Origin: a candidate division WOR-3 bacterium
Lineage (GTDB): Bacteria > Hydrothermota > Tepidihabitantia > Tepidihabitantales > Tepidihabitantaceae
Reading direction: 5' to 3'
NCBI GenBank assembly: GCA_965648905.1
Contig: CBFGIT010000008.1
Span: forward strand, 32,001-96,000
Length of the DNA: 64,000 nt
Shown here: piece after piece, positions 60,390 to 64,000 of the stretch
How the letters are laid out: each line of letters begins with the position of its first letter
Position numbering within the stretch: the first letter of the stretch is position 1
Program-made: the position numbers and the translations under genes
The notes under the pieces: model-generated
Database searches by the model: none
Seen by the model: the letters and a program-made list of their open reading frames with translations, nothing else
Told to the model about the DNA's origin: nothing

Positions 60390-61132
60390 ATCCTGAACCT
60401 TTCACCGAGGTATAGCTGCCGGGCTTTTTCGTCGCGGACGAGGTCGTCCGAGGTTCCGGAAAGCAGGACGTGCGCGTCGTACATGATGTAGGCACGGTCG
60501 GTGATTTCGAGGGTCTCGCGGACGTTGTGGTCGGTGATTAGGATGCCGAGGCCGTCGTTGCGAAGGGCAAGGATGGTGTCCTGGATTTCGGCGCGGACGA
60601 TCGGGTCGATGCCGGTGAATGGTTCGTCAAGGAGGAGGAATGCCGGGTCTGAGGCCAGGGCGCGGGCGAGTTCAACCCGGCGCCGTTCGCCGCCGGAGAG
60701 CGTGCTGCCTTTCTGCTTGCGCAGGTGGGCGATGTTGAATCGGGCGAGCAACTGGTCGGTGCGCTCGGTTTGTTCCTGCCGGGACTTACCCAGCATCTCG
60801 AGGACGGCGCGGATGTTGTCTTCGACCGAGAGCCGACGAAATACCGAAGGCTCCTGAGAAAGGTAGCCGAGGCCGAGTCGAGCCCGACGGTAGACCGGCA
60901 GGTGGGTGATGTCTCGGCCGTCGAGAGCTATGGTACCCTGTTCGGGCCGGATGAATCCGGTGATCATGTGGAAGGTCGTGGTCTTGCCCGCACCGTTGGG
61001 GCCGAGCAGACCCACGGTCTCGCCGCGCCTGAGTTCGAGACTGACGCCGTCAACCACTTTGCGTCCACCGTAGCGCTTGACCAATCCGGAGGCAACGAGC
61101 CTGGAGTCTGGCGATCTCGGCTCAGTGCTCAT
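60386..61132 (-). CDS. lptB: LPS export ABC ATPase
   Basis: GPNGAGKTT, LSGGERRRVE, LLDEPF.GIDP, ITDHNVRETL. Confidence 0.95.
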   Translation of the reverse strand: MSTEPRSPDSRLVASGLVKRYGGRKVVDGVSLELRRGETVGLLGPNGAGKTTTFHMITGFIRPEQGTIALDGRDITHLPVYRRARLGLGYLSQEPSVFRRLSVEDNIRAVLEMLGKSRQEQTERTDQLLARFNIAHLRKQKGSTLSGGERRRVELARALASDPAFLLLDEPFTGIDPIVRAEIQDTILALRNDGLGILITDHNVRETLEITDRAYIMYDAHVLLSGTSDDLVRDEKARQLYLGERFRI

Positions 61133-62048
61133 CGGTCTTCGCTCCTCGTCTCAGAAGCTGCCCGGACCAGAGTTCGCGAATCGCGATTCGTTCGACATCG
61201 CCGCCCACGAGTTCAAGGCTGATCGAGCGGCCGCTGACGTCAATCAGCTCGCCGCCTTCGGTTCGGTATGTGCCGGCAGCACGACCCCGGATGTTGACCC
61301 GGGCAAGCGCGCCGTCCCGTACGAAGAAGACCATCGTGTCGCCGGTAGCGCTGCTTGACCGGTCTTTCATGCTCGGCCGGCCCAGGGCCAGACCCGAGTC
61401 AGGCCCGGAGACGAAGACGACCGTGTCGCAGAGCAGTTCGCTTGCTCCTGACCTGATGCTGACTCCGCCCTGGGCCACGGCGCGCGACTCGGTTTCATAC
61501 CAGTACATCGCGTCGCTCTTAACTCGGGCCGTGTCCGCATCACGGAACCATACCAGAGCCGGGTCTTCGTCTACCAGCCCGATATTCCGAGCCAGGTCGT
61601 AGCGCCCTCTCCTGCCCGTGATGCGGAACGGCCGGGTACGTCCGTGCAGGGTCAGACCCTGGCCGGCAATTACCAGTTTGTCCTGGGCCAGGTGGAGGAT
61701 GTGCGGGGCGAAGATGTCGAGCGACTCCTGTTCCACCTGGACGTCACCGAACAGCTCGGCCCGGCGGTCGGAAAGGCTGTAGCGTGCCGAGTCGGCGCGG
61801 ATTCGGGCGTCCGGGCTGCTAATGACGACGCTGCCACTAACGACCGCAAGCCCGCGACTCTCGTACAGCCGCGCCGCGTCGGCATCAATGCGCGTGTCCT
61901 TGTCGGTAATCACGACGCTGTCGTGGAATACGGCAGCTTCGCCGTCTGATGTCCGGACCAGCTCCATTCGGCGGGCAGCAATCTCTGCGGCCAGAGTCGA
62001 ACCGACAAATACAATGAGCAGGCCAAAGACGGCGCTGGCTTGTTTCAT
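61122..62048 (-). CDS. LptA/OstA-like beta-jellyroll protein
   Basis: Signal peptide, repeated G.V.I....I.AD.A.Y beta motifs, between lptC and lptB. Confidence 0.7.
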   Translation of the reverse strand: MKQASAVFGLLIVFVGSTLAAEIAARRMELVRTSDGEAAVFHDSVVITDKDTRIDADAARLYESRGLAVVSGSVVISSPDARIRADSARYSLSDRRAELFGDVQVEQESLDIFAPHILHLAQDKLVIAGQGLTLHGRTRPFRITGRRGRYDLARNIGLVDEDPALVWFRDADTARVKSDAMYWYETESRAVAQGGVSIRSGASELLCDTVVFVSGPDSGLALGRPSMKDRSSSATGDTMVFFVRDGALARVNIRGRAAGTYRTEGGELIDVSGRSISLELVGGDVERIAIRELWSGQLLRRGAKTDEH

Positions 62049-62575
62049 GGTTCGGCCTCGAAGTCGTAGTCAGAGGTTCCGCTGATGCGACCCTGGATTT
62101 CAATCCGGGAGAGAGCCGCGTCCGAAACAAGGCCTGTGCCTTTGACCCGGCCGCGGGGCGTGACAATCTCGACCGGCGCATCGGTCTGCACCTGCTGGGC
62201 CGGATTGTTCCAGGCCAGGGAGTCGGTCAGGAGCAAAGTACTGTCCGCAGTCCGGACCGAGACCGCGCCGCGGGCAACCAGGTTCTCGTTCTGGTAGATG
62301 GTGCCCTGGTCTGCCACAAGCACCGAATGGACCCGGCCGTCTTCGTCGTAGAACTCGACTCGCAGCCGAACCACGTCCACACGTCGGTCCGGGTCAAACA
62401 CAAACGCCCGGTCGGCCGCTAGGGAATAGAGCTGCCGGCCGCTGCCGCTTTCGCAGAGGGTGAACTGCTCGATGACCTGGCTGGGCAGAGTCTGAGTTGA
62501 TGCCGGAGCTGGCTTGTCATGGCAGTTGGCGACAAGAGCACAAAGCCCCAGAATCAGCGGAACCGAGTTCCTCAC
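62045..62575 (-). CDS. lptC: LPS export protein LptC
   Basis: L.AD.G....L.A.G.V, LLTDSL.W, TDAPV.I, G.GL.SD; operon context. Confidence 0.8.
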   Translation of the reverse strand: MRNSVPLILGLCALVANCHDKPAPASTQTLPSQVIEQFTLCESGSGRQLYSLAADRAFVFDPDRRVDVVRLRVEFYDEDGRVHSVLVADQGTIYQNENLVARGAVSVRTADSTLLLTDSLAWNNPAQQVQTDAPVEIVTPRGRVKGTGLVSDAALSRIEIQGRISGTSDYDFEAEP

Positions 62576-63363
62576 GCCGCCTCCGGGTTCGCGAGGGCGC
62601 CAGCTTTGCCCCAGAAGACCCACTCGGCCGGGTTCTCGCGCACTCGGGCAACGAGTGCGGCAAGGGCCTCATCTGGGCCGCGGGCAGAGTCGAGGTCAAT
62701 GCGCAACCGGCCGTGTTCCATCCGAGCGAACGCGAGCCGCAGTCCAACGCCTTTGCGACGTACCAACTCAAAAGCAAGGGCCGGAAGTCTCATTCGGATA
62801 CTGCCGGTCTGGGCCCACAGCCAACTGCCTTGGCTGGTATTGTCGAGCATGAATCCGGTCAGACCCGGGGATCCCAATCGACGCACGACTTGCTTCAGAC
62901 TGACAAGCTTGACCGAGTCGCTCTGCCTGAGACTGTCAACCTGGGCCGCAACCAGCCGGTCGCGCTGGCGCCCAACAGCCAAGGCAACAGAGTATCCCCG
63001 GCGGGCAAATGCCTTGGGCAGGCACTCCCACAGGCCGAAGTGAAACGAGACAACGGCGATATGCAACTTTCGTTCCAGAGCTGAGCTGCATATATTGTCT
63101 GTGTAAATCATTGGTCTGTCAACGATTGCATCGCAGTGTCTTTGGTCAAGGCGAGCCATGAAGGCAAGGTTCGCGCCCACGGTCCAGGCATTGGCAAGCC
63201 AGAACCATAGGTTGTCGCGTCCCATTACGGTTTGGTAATTCTGCCGGATTTCGGCCCGGTATCGGGGTCGGAAAGCGAGGTAGGTGAGGAGGGCGAGTCG
63301 GGCGAGCAGCCGGGCCGGACTAGGAGGGAGTGCCCGTACCAGGAGAAGGACTGCTGCGAGCAT
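62572..63363 (-). CDS. Lipid A lauroyl/lysophospholipid acyltransferase family protein
   Basis: HFGLWE motif, VRENPAEWVFW C-terminus. Confidence 0.7.
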   Translation of the reverse strand: MLAAVLLLVRALPPSPARLLARLALLTYLAFRPRYRAEIRQNYQTVMGRDNLWFWLANAWTVGANLAFMARLDQRHCDAIVDRPMIYTDNICSSALERKLHIAVVSFHFGLWECLPKAFARRGYSVALAVGRQRDRLVAAQVDSLRQSDSVKLVSLKQVVRRLGSPGLTGFMLDNTSQGSWLWAQTGSIRMRLPALAFELVRRKGVGLRLAFARMEHGRLRIDLDSARGPDEALAALVARVRENPAEWVFWGKAGALANPEAA

Positions 63364-64000
63364 GGGCAAGGCCGGCCTTGACCAGGCCGAGGAAGAGCGG
63401 GTGGGGCCTCAAGGGCCGGGACTTGAACTCAGGGTGGAACTGAGTGGCAATGAAGAACGGGTGACCCTTGAGTTCGACAATCTCGACCAGGGTGCGGTCC
63501 GGGGACCTGCCGCTGGCGACCAGTCCGGCCCGGCGCAGAGCCGGCAGGTACTTGTTATTGACCTCATAGCGGTGTCGGTGCCGCTCCGAGACCATTGTCG
63601 TCCGATAGCAGCGCCAGGCGAGTGAGTCTTTGCGGATGGAGCAGGGATAGGCGCCAAGGCGCATGGTGCCGCCTTTGCGCCTTAGCCGGCGCTGGTGGGG
63701 CATCTTGTAGATGACCGGGTAGCGCGTGTGAGGATTGAACTCGGTCGAGTTTGCGCCGGGCATGTTGCCGGCGTTACGGGCGACTTCGATGACCGCGCAG
63801 TGAAGCCCGACGCAGAGCCCGAGAAACGGCAGGCCGGTCTCCCGGCAGTAGCGGACTGCAGCCAGCTTGCCTTCGATACCGCGCACGCCGAACCCGCCCG
63901 GCACGATCACCCCGGACAGACCAGCGAGACGCTCGCGCACGTTGTCCGGTGTGAGGTCGTCGGATTCGAGCCAGCGGAGCTTGACATTGACCCCGACCCC
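63320..64000 (-). CDS. pyrG: CTP synthase, C-terminal part (truncated by window edge)
   Basis: VPGGFG.RG.EGK, GGTMRLG, ERHRHRYEVN, QFHPEFKSRP. Confidence 0.95.
   Translation of the reverse strand, partial: GVGVNVKLRWLESDDLTPDNVRERLAGLSGVIVPGGFGVRGIEGKLAAVRYCRETGLPFLGLCVGLHCAVIEVARNAGNMPGANSTEFNPHTRYPVIYKMPHQRRLRRKGGTMRLGAYPCSIRKDSLAWRCYRTTMVSERHRHRYEVNNKYLPALRRAGLVASGRSPDRTLVEIVELKGHPFFIATQFHPEFKSRPLRPHPLFLGLVKAGLAHARSSPSPGTGTPS

Overview
GC-rich chromosomal window from an anaerobic diderm bacterium. Secreted proteins with FlgD/T9SS-like tails and the overall gene content suggest an FCB-related lineage such as candidate phylum WOR-3 (inference). Most genes are housekeeping: flxDCBA-like redox operon, stand-alone GMP synthase ATPase subunit, two S8 proteases, dcw cluster (mraZ to ftsZ, with murF relocated), iscS-iscU-Grx-FTR, thrS-infC-rpmI-rplT, guaB, three tRNAs, leuCD-like plus citrate-lyase-like operon, purE-purC-queA-murF-oadA, pyrG-lptCAB-rpoN-selB-selD. 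Highlights the ORF track misses: (1) a probable secreted selenoprotein (1759-2505) with a CxxU motif read through an in-frame UGA followed by a SECIS-like hairpin, in a genome encoding SelB and a Sec-containing SelD; (2) two four-helix-bundle genes, each enclosed by inverted heptamer-periodic arms, with related heptamer/hairpin inserts in housekeeping genes; (3) three degenerate 12-bp-periodic non-coding arrays, each next to a TAAN-N17-NTTA-type dyad; (4) a collapsed type I R-M operon; (5) many 16-bp-spaced, often leaderless promoters and non-canonical starts for infC and murG. All calls are by eye from motifs; no database searches were run.
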